Below, piece by piece: positions 12,566 to 22,616 of a DNA stretch of 33,805 bases. The notes below the pieces were generated by a model. That model did not search any database and was not told the DNA's origin. It saw only the letters and a list, made by a program, of their open reading frames with translations. This DNA is from an uncultured Erysipelothrix sp. (GTDB lineage Bacteria > Bacillota_I > Bacilli_A > Erysipelotrichales > Erysipelotrichaceae). The stretch is taken from assembly GCA_964432505.1 (NCBI GenBank), contig CAYSNT010000001.1, positions 1-33,805 on the forward strand. Reading direction: 5' to 3'. The position numbers and the translations under genes were made by a program. Each line of letters begins with the position of its first letter. The stretch's first letter is position 1.

Positions 12566-14395
12566 ATGAAAACAATAAGTGAATTAAAACGGGTATATTA
12601 CGCTCTTTATCAACACAGTGATCACATTGATCATCATTTTGAATCACTTTTATCGATGATTGAACAACATAAAAAGGAACGTTCAAGAACTCTTAAACTG
12701 ATGGATAAATCAGAAGCAGATTGGTATTTCTCAAATAAGATGGTAGGAATGACCTTGTATACTGATTTATTTGCAGGTAATTTTAAGAAATTATTGAAGA
12801 AAATTCCTTACTTACAAGAATTAGGGATTACTTATGTGCATCTTATGCCTCTGTTAAAACCAAGAGAAGGTGAAAATGATGGAGGATATGCGGTAGAAGA
12901 TTATCGTAATGTGGATCCTCGTTTAGGAACACTTGAAGAGTTCACCACTCTACTTAAAGCATTTGCGAAAGCAGACATCAAAGTGTGCATCGATTATGTG
13001 TTGAATCATGTGGCTGTTGAACATGCTTGGGCTCAACAAGCCTTAAGTGGTGATCAAGATGCACAAACGCTTTTCTTCATGTATGATGATCGAACCATTC
13101 CTGATCAGTTTGATGAAACGGTCCCTGAAGTACTTCCTGATAAATGTCCTGGTAATTTCACTTATGTAGAGTCCATTCAAAAATATGTTTTCACTTCATT
13201 CTCATCCTTTCAATGGGATCTTAACTTTACCAACCCTGCTGTGTTTCATGAAGTGGTGGATGTATTATTATATTTAGCGAATCTTGGAGTGAACATGATA
13301 CGATTAGATGCTATTCCATTCATGTGGAAAGAACTGAATACTTCATGTCGTAACCTAGATCCGATTCATGATCTGCTTAGAATGATTTATCTAATAAAAC
13401 AAGAGGTTGCACCTTCGCTTTCACTTCTAGGTGAAGCTATTGTGGAACCTGAGCAAATTGTAAAGTATTTTGGAAGTGAGCGTAAAAGTGAGTGTGAAAT
13501 CATGTACAATGCAAATCTTATGGTAGATATTTATCATACCTTTGCGACACGGGATACACGTCTAATTACGCTTGATACCAATCGATTCCAAATTCCAAGT
13601 CGTGGTTCGTGGATGAACTATGTGCGTTGTCATGATGATATTGGATGGGGATTTAATGAGAAAGCAGTTGCTGCTATGGGTTTCGATCCATTTCAACATA
13701 AGCAATTTCTTATTCGATTCTATGGACAACGTTTTCCAGGATCTTTTGCGAAAGGAGAGGATTACCAATTTAATCCTAAAACCCTCGATGCAAGAACCAA
13801 TGGAACATTGGCTTCACTGCTAGGACTAGAGAGTGCTTTGGAGAAAAAAGAAACCTATAAGATTGAGGAAGCGATTCGACGAATCAATCTAGCTCATGCG
13901 CTGATTCTTTCCTATCGTGGGATTCCGCTTATATACTCAGGTGACGAGTTAGCTCAACTTAATGATCAATCGTATCTAGATGATCCAAGTAAGATGAATG
14001 AAGGAAGATGGGTGCATCGACCAATCATGGATTGGAAGAAGGCAGAGCGACGTTTAGTTGCGAACAGCGTTGAAAGTAAAGTCTACAAGGAACTACAACG
14101 TATGATTTCTCTTCGTAAGAAGATTCGTTTCTTGCATGCTCAAGTGAATCAATTCGCATTAGACGTGTTTAATCCACATGTGTATGTCCTTGTTCGAGAA
14201 CTCAAAGGGAAGACATTCTTGGCTTTCTTTAACTTTTCTGAGTATCTGCAAAAAGTACACGTTTCGCACGTTAGACAGTTTGCTACTGGTCAGCTTTATG
14301 AATGTCATTTGCAAGGAAGAGTGCTTAACATGGATCACGAAACTTTTGATTTATCCCCATATGAAGTGATTTGGGCAGAAGCAATTGATGCTTAG
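12566..14395 (+). CDS. GH13 alpha-amylase-family enzyme, amylosucrase-like (GH13_4-type sucrose-utilising glucosyltransferase/hydrolase); no signal peptide
   Basis: GH13 regions are intact: DYVLNHVA (I), GVNMIRLDAIPFMWK (II, nucleophile Asp), LLGEAIVEPE (III, acid/base Glu) and YVRCHDDIGW (IV). Amylosucrase-like blocks are also present: GITYVHLMPLL, DGGYAVEDYRNVDPRLGT and FQWDLNFTNPAVF. The ATG at 12566 lies 6 nt after SD AAGGAAGG. Confidence 0.85.
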   Translation: MKTISELKRVYYALYQHSDHIDHHFESLLSMIEQHKKERSRTLKLMDKSEADWYFSNKMVGMTLYTDLFAGNFKKLLKKIPYLQELGITYVHLMPLLKPREGENDGGYAVEDYRNVDPRLGTLEEFTTLLKAFAKADIKVCIDYVLNHVAVEHAWAQQALSGDQDAQTLFFMYDDRTIPDQFDETVPEVLPDKCPGNFTYVESIQKYVFTSFSSFQWDLNFTNPAVFHEVVDVLLYLANLGVNMIRLDAIPFMWKELNTSCRNLDPIHDLLRMIYLIKQEVAPSLSLLGEAIVEPEQIVKYFGSERKSECEIMYNANLMVDIYHTFATRDTRLITLDTNRFQIPSRGSWMNYVRCHDDIGWGFNEKAVAAMGFDPFQHKQFLIRFYGQRFPGSFAKGEDYQFNPKTLDARTNGTLASLLGLESALEKKETYKIEEAIRRINLAHALILSYRGIPLIYSGDELAQLNDQSYLDDPSKMNEGRWVHRPIMDWKKAERRLVANSVESKVYKELQRMISLRKKIRFLHAQVNQFALDVFNPHVYVLVRELKGKTFLAFFNFSEYLQKVHVSHVRQFATGQLYECHLQGRVLNMDHETFDLSPYEVIWAEAIDA

Positions 14396-14399
14396 GGCC

Positions 14400-14422
14400 A
14401 AGGCGCAGAAATGTGCCTTTTT
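14400..14422 (+). terminator. Rho-independent terminator after the GH13 gene
   Basis: Stem AAGGCGC (14400-14406) pairs with GTGCCTT (14413-14419), including one G-U pair, with a 6-nt loop. It runs into TTTTT. Confidence 0.6.
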
Positions 14423-14458
14423 AAGTGCTTAAAAGATTTAAAATAATTGAAAAAAGGG

Positions 14459-14487
14459 TTGATTTAGTGAGGCTCTTCCTTTATACT
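14459..14487 (+). promoter_or_regulatory. Sigma-A promoter of the S10-spc-alpha cluster: -35 TTGATT (14459-14464), 17-nt spacer, -10 TATACT (14482-14487)
   Basis: Hexamers and spacing were read directly. An A/T-rich UP-like tract (about 14431-14455) lies just upstream. Confidence 0.6.
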
Positions 14488-14620
14488 ATTGGAGCGACTG
14501 CGTAGACGTGCGAGGTTGCTGGCACACTGAAATCCGTTGTCATGGACAGTGAGAAGCCCAGGTAATTCGCATTGAGCAGGTCTAACATGGATCTAGACAC
14601 AGAAAGATAGGAGGAACTCC
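14488..14620 (+). promoter_or_regulatory. Long untranslated leader of rpsJ (candidate r-protein autoregulatory RNA)
   Basis: About 125 nt lie between the predicted transcription start and the rpsJ ATG. Visible helices are CTGG(14519-22)/CCAG(14558-61), CACTG(14525-29)/CAGTG(14547-51) and GTCTA(14580-84)/TAGAC(14594-98). There is no U-tract attenuator. Confidence 0.35.
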
Positions 14621-14932
14621 ATGGCAAAGAATAAAATTCGCATCCGCTTAAAAGCTTTTGAATCAAGAACACTTGATGCAGCGGTTGAGAAGATTGTAAG
14701 CACTGTGAAAAATCACGGTGTAAAAAAAGTTGTAGGACCAGTAGCACTGCCTACAGAACGAGAAATCGTCACCGTTTTACGTGCTGTGCATAAGTATAAA
14801 GATTCCCGTGAGCAATTCGAAATTCGTACTCACAAGCGCTTAATTGAATTGGTTGGTCCAAGTGCAGAAACTATGGACGCGTTAACCCGTTTGGAACTTC
14901 CAACTGGTGTTGACATTGAAATCAAACTGTAA
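14621..14932 (+). CDS. rpsJ: 30S ribosomal protein S10
   Basis: It begins [15 protein letters not shown], ends with the [14 protein letters not shown]-terminus, and is 103 aa. Confidence 0.97.
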   Translation: MAKNKIRIRLKAFESRTLDAAVEKIVSTVKNHGVKKVVGPVALPTEREIVTVLRAVHKYKDSREQFEIRTHKRLIELVGPSAETMDALTRLELPTGVDIEIKL

Positions 14933-14941
14933 TCGGAGGTA

Positions 14942-15628
14942 ATGATGAAAGGTTTATTAGGACGTAAAGTCGGTATGACCCAAGTATTCGCTGAGGATGG
15001 GACACTGATTCCTGTCACAGTTGTGGAAGTTGTTCCTAACGTTGTCTTACAAAAGAAAACATTAGAAAACGATGGATATGAAGCTGTGCAATTAGGGATT
15101 GAAGATGTTAAGTTGCAAAGAGCAACTAAACCAGCCATCGGCCATGCGAAGAAAGCAGGGTCCGCTCCCAAGAAGTTCGTTCGTGAAATCGCGGGAAATG
15201 AATTATTAGGTTTAGAAGTTGGTTCTGAAGTTAAAGCAGATTTATTTGCTGCTGGAGACATGGTTGATGTTCAAGGAACATCAAAAGGTAAAGGTTTCAC
15301 TGGAGCGATTGTTCGTAACAATCAACGCATGGGTCCTTCATCTCATGGTTCTGGTCACCACCGTGGTATTGGTTCATTAGCTACCATCGGTCGTAACAAC
15401 GGAATTATCAATAAAGGTCGCATCATGGCGGGTCAAGAAGGTGGATATACCACAACAAACCGTAACCTTGAAGTGATCAAAGTTGATGCTGAAAATAACT
15501 ACTTATTATTAAAAGGAAACGTACCTGGACCTAAGAAAGGGTATGTTATCGTCAAAACGACCACGAAGCGTGTAAAACAAACTACACCTAAAACATTAGT
15601 TAATCGTGGTGTAGGGCAAGGAGAATAA
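14942..15628 (+). CDS. rplC: 50S ribosomal protein L3
   Basis: It begins [16 protein letters not shown]. The second ATG at 14945 has better spacing to GGAGG (14935-14939) and may be the real start. Confidence 0.95.
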   Translation: MMKGLLGRKVGMTQVFAEDGTLIPVTVVEVVPNVVLQKKTLENDGYEAVQLGIEDVKLQRATKPAIGHAKKAGSAPKKFVREIAGNELLGLEVGSEVKADLFAAGDMVDVQGTSKGKGFTGAIVRNNQRMGPSSHGSGHHRGIGSLATIGRNNGIINKGRIMAGQEGGYTTTNRNLEVIKVDAENNYLLLKGNVPGPKKGYVIVKTTTKRVKQTTPKTLVNRGVGQGE

Positions 15629-15630
15629 TC

Positions 15631-16284
15631 ATGGTGAAAGTACAAGTACACAATTTAGAAGGTGTAAGCGTTAAAGAAATTTCACTCAATAGCGAAGTGT
15701 TTGGAATTACTCCAAATCAACAAGTGCTATTTGATGCGGTCGTTCAACAACGCAACAGTGCACGCCAAGGAACTCATGACACTAAGAACCGCCGTGAAGT
15801 TGCTGGTGGTGGACGTAAGCCTTGGAAGCAAAAAGGAACTGGACGTGCTCGTCAAGGATCCATCCGTTCTCCACAATGGCGTGGTGGTGGAATTGTCTTC
15901 GGACCAACTCCTCGCTCATACGGTGGAAAATTAAACAAAAAAGTTAGAAACTTAGCACTTCGCTCAGCATTGAGTTCAAAAGTGTTAGACAACAGCTTAA
16001 TGGTTGTTGAAAACTTAACATTAAGTGTTCCAAAGACTAAAGAGTTTGTCAAAGTCATGGATAACTTAAAACTTGAAAGCAAAACATTGTTTGTCGTTAG
16101 TGGTCATGAAGAGATCGATAATGCTTTCTTAGCATTACGTAACATTCCTAATGTAATGTTACTTTCTGTCGAAGGTCTTAACGTGTATGACATTCTAAAC
16201 GCAGACACCCTTGTTTTCACTGAAGTCGCTGCTGAAGAAGCTGGCGTATACTTCAATAAGAAAGAAGTCGAGGAGGTTGCATAA
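15631..16284 (+). CDS. rplD: 50S ribosomal protein L4
   Basis: It has the [29 protein letters not shown] motif. Confidence 0.97.
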   Translation: MVKVQVHNLEGVSVKEISLNSEVFGITPNQQVLFDAVVQQRNSARQGTHDTKNRREVAGGGRKPWKQKGTGRARQGSIRSPQWRGGGIVFGPTPRSYGGKLNKKVRNLALRSALSSKVLDNSLMVVENLTLSVPKTKEFVKVMDNLKLESKTLFVVSGHEEIDNAFLALRNIPNVMLLSVEGLNVYDILNADTLVFTEVAAEEAGVYFNKKEVEEVA

Positions 16285-16571
16285 TGAGTGCACTAAACCC
16301 TAGAGACATTATCTTACGCCCAATCATCACTGAAAAATCAGTGAAGGCTCAAGAGGTCGATAACAAATATACTTTCTCAGTAGCGAAAGGTGCAAACAAA
16401 ACACAAGTAAGACAAGCTGTCGAAGCTATCTTCAATGTGAAAGTAGAAAAAGTTAACATCGTGAATGTACGCCCACGTCTCAAACGTGTTGGAAAATATT
16501 CAGGCAACACTAACGCTGTTCGTAAAGCCATCGTTAAACTTGCTGAAGGTCAAACCATTAACTTATTCTAA
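16284..16571 (+). CDS. rplW: 50S ribosomal protein L23
   Basis: It contains [10 protein letters not shown], is 95 aa, and overlaps the rplD stop in a TAATG junction. Confidence 0.96.
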   Translation: MSALNPRDIILRPIITEKSVKAQEVDNKYTFSVAKGANKTQVRQAVEAIFNVKVEKVNIVNVRPRLKRVGKYSGNTNAVRKAIVKLAEGQTINLF

Positions 16572-16634
16572 TCAGACAACATATCGGAAGAACACGCTAT
16601 TTCCGGAAAAGATGCGATAGGAGGAAATTCACGT

Positions 16635-17468
16635 ATGGCGATTAAAGCCTACAAGCCAACGACCCCAGGTCGTCGTGGCATGACAACCGTGGCTAATGTT
16701 GAAATTACAACATCTAGACCAGAACGCTCACTTCTTGAACCTTTAAAATCAAAAGGTGGACGTAACAATTTAGGACGCATCACTACCCGTCATCAAGGTG
16801 GTGGACATAAAAGAATGTACCGCGTCATCGACTTTAAACGTAACAAAGATGGTATTCCAGCAACGGTAAAAACCATTGAATACGATCCAAACAGATCAGC
16901 AAACATCGCGTTAGTTTCATACGCTGATGGTGAAAAACGCTATATCTTAGCTCCTAAAGGACTAAAGGTTGGCACAGTCATCTTAAGTGGTGAAGGAGCT
17001 GACATTAAAGTAGGACATACTTTAGAACTTGGTAAAATGCCTGAAGGAACTGTTGTTCACAACGTTGAACTTAAGCCTGGTAAAGGTGGACAATTAGCAC
17101 GTTCTGCTGGTGTCTCTGCACAAATTCTTGGATCTGAAGACCGCTACGTTATTGTACGTCTTGGATCAGGGGAAGTTCGTAAGATTTTAAAACAATGCCG
17201 TGCTACTGTTGGTACTGTCGGTAACGAAGATCATAACTTAGTTAACATTGGTAAAGCAGGTCGTACGCGTTGGATGGGTATCCGTCCTACCGTTCGTGGA
17301 TCTGCCATGAACCCAGTGGATCACCCACATGGTGGTGGTGAAGGACGTTCTCCAATTGGACGCGTTGCTCCATTAACCCCTTGGGGTAAGAAAGCATTAG
17401 GATTGAAGACTCGCAAGAAGAAAAACGCTTCGAACAAGTATATCGTTCGTGGTCGTAAGGCGAAATAA
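16635..17468 (+). CDS. rplB: 50S ribosomal protein L2
   Basis: It begins [15 protein letters not shown] and contains the [13 protein letters not shown] motif. Confidence 0.98.
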   Translation: MAIKAYKPTTPGRRGMTTVANVEITTSRPERSLLEPLKSKGGRNNLGRITTRHQGGGHKRMYRVIDFKRNKDGIPATVKTIEYDPNRSANIALVSYADGEKRYILAPKGLKVGTVILSGEGADIKVGHTLELGKMPEGTVVHNVELKPGKGGQLARSAGVSAQILGSEDRYVIVRLGSGEVRKILKQCRATVGTVGNEDHNLVNIGKAGRTRWMGIRPTVRGSAMNPVDHPHGGGEGRSPIGRVAPLTPWGKKALGLKTRKKKNASNKYIVRGRKAK

Positions 17469-17487
17469 GCGAAAGGAACTATAAAAC

Positions 17488-17760
17488 ATGAGTCGTAGTT
17501 TGAAAAAAGGCCCATTCGTAGACGACCACTTAATTAAAAAAGTGGAAGCCTTGAATGCTAAAAGTAAAAAAGAAGTAATTAAAACATGGTCTCGTCGTTC
17601 AACGATTTTCCCACAGTTTGTAGAGCACACTTTTGCGGTCTACAATGGAAAAGAACACGTGCCTGTCTATGTCACTGAAGATATGGTTGGACACAAGCTC
17701 GGTGAGTTTGTACCAACACGTAAATACGGTGGTCATGGCGACGATAAGAAGGGTAAATAA
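17488..17760 (+). CDS. rpsS: 30S ribosomal protein S19
   Basis: It begins [12 protein letters not shown] and contains [24 protein letters not shown]. Confidence 0.97.
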   Translation: MSRSLKKGPFVDDHLIKKVEALNAKSKKEVIKTWSRRSTIFPQFVEHTFAVYNGKEHVPVYVTEDMVGHKLGEFVPTRKYGGHGDDKKGK

Positions 17761-17771
17761 AGGAGGGTATC

Positions 17772-18107
17772 ATGGAAGTCAAAGCAACAGCAAAAACCAT
17801 TCGTGTTACCGCTCGTAAAGCGCGTTTAGCACTCGATTTAATTCGTGGCAAAGATGTTAAAGAAGCCACAGCAATCTTGAAGTTTACCCCAAACTTCGCC
17901 GCAAAAGCTACAGCTAAAGTATTAAAATCAGCTGTCGCAAACGCAGTACACAACAATCAACTTGATGAATCTAAACTGTACATCAAAGCTTGTTATGCTG
18001 ATGAGAGTGTTACACTCAAACGCTTCATGCCTCGTGCAAAAGGAAGTGCAGCAGCCATTCACAAACGCACCAGTCACATTACTGTAATCGTGGCTGAGCG
18101 TGCCTAA
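17772..18107 (+). CDS. rplV: 50S ribosomal protein L22
   Basis: It contains [13 protein letters not shown] and HITVIV, and is 111 aa. Confidence 0.96.
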   Translation: MEVKATAKTIRVTARKARLALDLIRGKDVKEATAILKFTPNFAAKATAKVLKSAVANAVHNNQLDESKLYIKACYADESVTLKRFMPRAKGSAAAIHKRTSHITVIVAERA

Positions 18108-18119
18108 GGAGGAACAATT

Positions 18120-18905
18120 ATGGGTCAAAAAGTCAGTCCAATAGGATTACGCGTTGGAATCATCCGTGATTGGGAATCACGTTGGTACGCAGAAAAAGAA
18201 TATGGAACTTTACTTGTTGAAGACATTAAAGTTCGTGAATTCTTAGAGAAAAAACTAAGCAATGCATTCGTTTCACGTATTGAAATCGAGCGCACTAAAG
18301 ACACTTTAAATCTTATCATTCGCTCAGGTCGTCCTGGTGCGGTTATGGGACAAGAAGGAGCGAATATTAAACTTCTTATTGAAGCATTAACAAAAATGAC
18401 CAATAAGAAAGTCAATGTAAAAGTGCTACAAGTAGCAAATCCAAACTTGGATGCAACCCTTGTTGCACACAAAATCGCGAGTGAGTTAGAAGCTCGTAAA
18501 TCATTCAGAACAGTACAAAAACGTGCGATTATTGATGCTATGAAGTCTGGAGCAAAGGGAATTAAAACCATTGTTTCTGGACGTTTAGGCGGAGCTGATA
18601 TTGCTCGTAGTGAAGGATACTCCGAAGGAGTTGTTCCTCTTCACACATTACGTTCTGACATCGATTATGCACATGCAGAAGCGATGACTACTTATGGTAA
18701 ATTAGGAGTTAAAGTGTGGATTTGTCGTGGTGAAGTTCTTCCTGGACACATGGTTGTAGAACCAGAAGCTCCAAAAGAAGCACCTCGTGGAGATCGTCGT
18801 GGCCGTGACAACCGTCGCAATGATCGCCAACGTCCAGTGGCACGCGAAGAAAAGCGCGAGTCAGTTAAAGCTGCTCCTGAAGCTGTTGTTGAAGGAGGAG
18901 AATAA
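18120..18905 (+). CDS. rpsC: 30S ribosomal protein S3 with a ~48-aa charged C-terminal extension
   Basis: It begins [13 protein letters not shown] and has the KH domain. The tail is [34 protein letters not shown]... Confidence 0.97.
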   Translation: MGQKVSPIGLRVGIIRDWESRWYAEKEYGTLLVEDIKVREFLEKKLSNAFVSRIEIERTKDTLNLIIRSGRPGAVMGQEGANIKLLIEALTKMTNKKVNVKVLQVANPNLDATLVAHKIASELEARKSFRTVQKRAIIDAMKSGAKGIKTIVSGRLGGADIARSEGYSEGVVPLHTLRSDIDYAHAEAMTTYGKLGVKVWICRGEVLPGHMVVEPEAPKEAPRGDRRGRDNRRNDRQRPVAREEKRESVKAAPEAVVEGGE

Positions 18906-18908
18906 ACT

Positions 18909-19325
18909 ATGTTAATGCCAAATAGAACAAAGTTCCGTCGTCCACATCGTGTTTCTCACGAAGGACGTGCAAAAGCGGGCCGTACTGTCGCATTTGGTGA
19001 GTTTGGTTTAGTTGCGGAAAGTGGAGCATATGTCACTAACCGTCAAATTGAAGCAGCTCGTATTGCGATGACACGTTTTATGAAACGTGGTGGTAAAGTG
19101 TGGATTAAAATATTCCCTCACTTAGCTATCACAAAAAAACCATTAGAAGTTCGTATGGGATCTGGTAAAGGGGCACCTGAAGGTTGGGTAGCTGTCGTTT
19201 CACCAGGACGAGTAATGTTCGAAATTGCTGGTGTAAGTGAAGAGATTGCTAAAGAAGCATTCCGCCTTGCTGCCAACAAGCTTCCAGTAAAAACTCGTTT
19301 CGTCCGTAAAGGCGAGGAGGAGTAA
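18909..19325 (+). CDS. rplP: 50S ribosomal protein L16
   Basis: It begins [11 protein letters not shown] and contains [15 protein letters not shown]. Confidence 0.97.
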   Translation: MLMPNRTKFRRPHRVSHEGRAKAGRTVAFGEFGLVAESGAYVTNRQIEAARIAMTRFMKRGGKVWIKIFPHLAITKKPLEVRMGSGKGAPEGWVAVVSPGRVMFEIAGVSEEIAKEAFRLAANKLPVKTRFVRKGEEE

Positions 19326-19327
19326 TC

Positions 19328-19537
19328 ATGTTGATCAAAGAGATTCGCGAAAAAAGCAATTCTGAATTATTCAAAGAAATAGATACACTAAAAGAAGAGT
19401 TGTTTAACCTTAGATTTGCTCAAGCTACAGGTCAATTAACAAATTCTGCTCGTATCAAAACTGTTAGAAAAACGATTGCACGTATCAAAACAGTCATTAC
19501 TGAACGTGCTATGGAAGCACAGGAGGTTAATGGTTAA
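19328..19537 (+). CDS. rpmC: 50S ribosomal protein L29
   Basis: It contains [14 protein letters not shown] and is 69 aa. Confidence 0.95.
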   Translation: MLIKEIREKSNSELFKEIDTLKEELFNLRFAQATGQLTNSARIKTVRKTIARIKTVITERAMEAQEVNG

Positions 19538-19797
19538 TGGAACGCTCAAATCGTAAAGTTTACCGTGGTAAAGTAGTTTCAAACGCCATGGACAAAACCA
19601 TTGTAGTCGAAGTTACAACTTCAAAACGTCATCCATTGTATGGAAAACGTGTAAAGTATTCAAAGAAATTCAAAGCTCATGACGAACTCAATGAGGCTGC
19701 ATTAAATGATGTTGTGGAAATTATGGAAACACGTCCTTTATCAGCAACTAAACGTTTCCGTTTAGTTAAGATCGTTGAAAAAGCTGTTGTTCTTTAG
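19537..19797 (+). CDS. rpsQ: 30S ribosomal protein S17
   Basis: It contains [24 protein letters not shown] and KRFRLV. Confidence 0.96.
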   Translation: MERSNRKVYRGKVVSNAMDKTIVVEVTTSKRHPLYGKRVKYSKKFKAHDELNEAALNDVVEIMETRPLSATKRFRLVKIVEKAVVL

Positions 19798-19809
19798 AGG
19801 AGGGTTATC

Positions 19810-20178
19810 ATGATTCAAAACGAAACTAGATGTAAAGTTGCGGATAACACCGGTGCTAAAGAAGTACTCGTTATTCGTGGACTTGGAGGAAGCCGCCGTC
19901 GCTCTTCCAATATTGGTGACATCGTGGTCTGTGCAGTAAAATCTGCAACACCTGGTGGAACTGTTAAAAAAGGTGATGTTGTTAAAGCTGTTATTGTTCG
20001 CTCTGTGTATGGTATTAACCGTCCTAATGGCGCACGTATCAAATTCGATGACAATGCCGTTGTTATCATCAAAGATGACAAAACGCCTCGTGGAACCCGT
20101 ATCTTCGGTCCAGTGGCTAGAGAACTTCGTGATAAAGACTTTATGAAAATTGTGTCTTTAGCACCAGAAGTGTTATAG
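19810..20178 (+). CDS. rplN: 50S ribosomal protein L14
   Basis: It begins [17 protein letters not shown] and is 122 aa. Confidence 0.98.
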   Translation: MIQNETRCKVADNTGAKEVLVIRGLGGSRRRSSNIGDIVVCAVKSATPGGTVKKGDVVKAVIVRSVYGINRPNGARIKFDDNAVVIIKDDKTPRGTRIFGPVARELRDKDFMKIVSLAPEVL

Positions 20179-20188
20179 GAGAAACGCA

Positions 20189-20497
20189 ATGAAAATCAAA
20201 AAAGGCGATACAGTCAAAGTGATCACCGGTGCTAATAAAGGCACCATTGGTGAAGTCAAAGCAGTTTTCCCTAAAGAATCAAAAGTTATTGTGGAAGGGG
20301 TTAATGTTGCTAAGAAACATTTAAAACCAACCCAAGCCAATCCTGAAGGTGGAATTGTTGAAAAAACATTACCAATCCACGTTTCAAACGTCATGCTCTA
20401 CGATGCGAAAGCAAAGAAAGCTAGCCGTGTACGTTTTGAAATGAAGGGTGATAAAAAAGTGCGCGTCTTCACTAAAACAGGCGCAGTAGTCAAATAA
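20189..20497 (+). CDS. rplX: 50S ribosomal protein L24
   Basis: It begins [18 protein letters not shown] and has the KOW motif. Confidence 0.96.
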   Translation: MKIKKGDTVKVITGANKGTIGEVKAVFPKESKVIVEGVNVAKKHLKPTQANPEGGIVEKTLPIHVSNVMLYDAKAKKASRVRFEMKGDKKVRVFTKTGAVVK

Positions 20498-20511
20498 GGA
20501 GGGCTAATGAT

Positions 20512-21063
20512 ATGAACCGCATGAAAGATCTCTATGCTAACACCGTCGTTAGCACACTTATGAAACAATTCAATTATACTTCAGTCATGCAAGTACCTCG
20601 TATTGACAAAATCGTTGTTAATATGGGTGTGGGCGATGCTGTAGCAAACCCTAAGCTTCTTGATGAAGCCGTCGTTGAATTACAAGCAATTACAGGTCAA
20701 AAAGCTGTAATTACTAAAGCTAAAAAATCCATTGCGAACTTCAAACTTCGTGAAGGTATGCCAATTGGGGCTAAAGTTACACTTCGTGGCGAAAGAATGT
20801 ACGCATTCTTAGACAAACTTGTTAACGTATCACTTCCACGTGTACGTGACTTCCGTGGTGTAAGTTCTGAAGCTTTCGATGGCCGTGGTAACTACACTTT
20901 AGGGGTTAAGGAACAACTTATTTTCCCTGAAATCAGTTATGACAAAGTAAATAAAGTTCGTGGTATGGATATTGTTATTGTTACCACAGCGAAAAATGAT
21001 GAGGAAGGCCGTGCATTATTAACTTCATTAGGCATGCCTTTCACTAAGAAAGCGAGTGTGTAA
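20512..21063 (+). CDS. rplE: 50S ribosomal protein L5
   Basis: It contains [21 protein letters not shown] and GNYTLG. Confidence 0.97.
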   Translation: MNRMKDLYANTVVSTLMKQFNYTSVMQVPRIDKIVVNMGVGDAVANPKLLDEAVVELQAITGQKAVITKAKKSIANFKLREGMPIGAKVTLRGERMYAFLDKLVNVSLPRVRDFRGVSSEAFDGRGNYTLGVKEQLIFPEISYDKVNKVRGMDIVIVTTAKNDEEGRALLTSLGMPFTKKASV

Positions 21064-21066
21064 TTC

Positions 21067-21252
21067 ATGGCTAAGAAATCAATGATCCTTAAATCACAAC
21101 GTCCTGCAAAGTTTGCAGTACGTGCTTACACTCGTTGTGAACGTTGTGGACGTCCTCACTCAGTATTGCAAAAATATAAAATTTGCCGTATTTGCTTCAG
21201 AGAATTAGCTTATAAAGGCCAAATTCCTGGAGTGAAGAAAGCAAGTTGGTAG
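21067..21252 (+). CDS. rpsZ: 30S ribosomal protein S14, short zinc-binding type Z
   Basis: It is 61 aa and has the Zn-ribbon cysteines CERCGRP...CRICFRE. Confidence 0.96.
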   Translation: MAKKSMILKSQRPAKFAVRAYTRCERCGRPHSVLQKYKICRICFRELAYKGQIPGVKKASW

Positions 21253-21272
21253 TAGAAAGGAGAAGCACTTAA

Positions 21273-21671
21273 ATGATGAGTATTACAGATCCAATTGCAG
21301 ATTTACTGACTCGTATTCGTAACGCGGTGAACGCGAAACACGAAAGTGTAGAAATTCCTGCAAGTAAGGAAAAATTAGAAATTGTACGCATTCTTAAAGA
21401 AGAGGGCTTTATCCTTGGATACTCCGTATCTTCAGATGCAAAGAAAGTGATCACTGTTAATTTAAAATACGGTGCAAACAATCAAAAAGTTATTTCAGGA
21501 ATCAAACGTATCTCCAAGCCAGGACTTCGTGTCTATGCGGAAGTTGATAAGTTACCACGTGTTCTTAATGGACTTGGTATTGCTATCATTTCTACATCTT
21601 ACGGTGTCTTGACAGATAGAGATGCTCGTAAGAAAAATGTGGGCGGTGAAGTCATCGCTTACGTTTGGTAA
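21273..21671 (+). CDS. rpsH: 30S ribosomal protein S8
   Basis: It contains [13 protein letters not shown] and is 132 aa. Confidence 0.97.
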   Translation: MMSITDPIADLLTRIRNAVNAKHESVEIPASKEKLEIVRILKEEGFILGYSVSSDAKKVITVNLKYGANNQKVISGIKRISKPGLRVYAEVDKLPRVLNGLGIAIISTSYGVLTDRDARKKNVGGEVIAYVW

Positions 21672-21685
21672 GAAGGAGACACTCA

Positions 21686-22234
21686 ATGTCACGTATCGGT
21701 AATAAAGCGATTACCATTCCTGCTGGCGTCGAATTTAACGTCGCTGCTGGGAATGAAGTTACAGTTACAGGTCCGAAAGGAACTTTAACTCGTAAATTTA
21801 GTGAAGTTGTTGGATTTGAAGTCAATGAAAACATCATCACCGTTTCTCGTGCTAACGATCAAAAGCACACAAAGCAACTTCATGGTACAACTCGTGCCTT
21901 ACTTGCTAACATGATCGAGGGTGTAGCCAATGGCTTCAAACGCGAGCTTGAATTAGTAGGTATTGGTTACAAGGCAGCAGTAGCTGAGAATAAATTAACG
22001 TTAAACGTTGGATATTCTCACCCAGTTATCTTCACTATCGAACCAGGACTAACCGTTTCTATTGGTAAACCAACAGAAATCAAAGTTGAAGGCATCGATA
22101 AACAACGTGTTGGTGAATTTGCTGCAAACGTTCGTGCAGTTCGTAAACCTGAACCTTACTTAGGTAAAGGAATCAAATACAAAGATGAAGTCATCCGTCG
22201 TAAAGAAGGTAAGACGGCTGGTAAGAAGAAATAG
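21686..22234 (+). CDS. rplF: 50S ribosomal protein L6
   Basis: It begins MSRIGNKAITIP. The ATG at 21686 follows SD AAGGAG. The track start at 21665 (TTG) overlaps rpsH and is probably spurious. Confidence 0.96.
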   Translation: MSRIGNKAITIPAGVEFNVAAGNEVTVTGPKGTLTRKFSEVVGFEVNENIITVSRANDQKHTKQLHGTTRALLANMIEGVANGFKRELELVGIGYKAAVAENKLTLNVGYSHPVIFTIEPGLTVSIGKPTEIKVEGIDKQRVGEFAANVRAVRKPEPYLGKGIKYKDEVIRRKEGKTAGKKK

Positions 22235-22251
22235 GAAGGAGAGGCCATTAA

Positions 22252-22608
22252 ATGATAACCAAATTAGATCGTAATAAAGTGCGTCAAAAACGCCATGCAC
22301 GTATCCGTAATAAAATTAGTGGTACAGCATCACGCCCTCGTTTAAGTGTGTTCCGCTCCAACGCTAACATTACCGCTCAACTTATTGACGATGTGAAAGG
22401 TGTAACCTTAGCATCAGCAAGCAGTCTTGACCTTAAACTTGAAAACGGATCAAACGTAGCAGCTGCAATTGCAGTTGGTACAGAAATCGCAAATCGTGCG
22501 AAAAAAGCTAACATTACAGCAGTCGTATTCGACCGCGGAGGTTACTTATATCACGGCCGTGTGAAAGCACTCGCCGATGCGGCTAGAGCAGCCGGACTAG
22601 AGTTCTAG
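22252..22608 (+). CDS. rplR: 50S ribosomal protein L18
   Basis: It contains [30 protein letters not shown] and GLEF. Confidence 0.97.
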   Translation: MITKLDRNKVRQKRHARIRNKISGTASRPRLSVFRSNANITAQLIDDVKGVTLASASSLDLKLENGSNVAAAIAVGTEIANRAKKANITAVVFDRGGYLYHGRVKALADAARAAGLEF

Positions 22609-22616
22609 GAGGCAAC

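Noticed and set aside
12486-14460. The GH13 gene region as a mobile element or genomic islet.
   Set aside because: There is no integrase, transposase or tRNA nearby. No inverted or direct repeats are visible beyond a chance 6-mer (GTGCTT) on both flanks. It is reported only as an insertion relative to canonical synteny.
14587-14610. Mini-ORFs in the rpsJ leader: ATG GAT CTA GAC ACA GAA AGA TAG at 14587-14610, whose stop overlaps the rpsJ SD, and ATGGACAGTGAGAAGCCCAGGTAA starting at 14542.
   Set aside because: Neither has an SD upstream. ORFs this short are expected by chance, so they cannot be supported as leader peptides without conservation data.
14830-15261. Long antisense ORFs opposite the r-protein and housekeeping genes. 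Examples are 14830-15261, 18125-18571, 19815-20189, 22583-23050, 25451-25852, 11894-12217 and 7232-7516, all on the minus strand.
   Set aside because: Each lies entirely inside a confidently identified + strand gene. None has an SD or promoter, and the translations are low-complexity (Ser/Thr/Pro/Arg-rich). This is the usual shadow-ORF artefact of strongly codon-biased genes.
16585-16605. Hairpin CGGAA...TTCCG in the unusually long (63 nt) rplW-rplB spacer.
   Set aside because: The stem is only 5 bp with an 11-nt loop and no U-tract. It is too weak to call a regulatory element from a single sequence.
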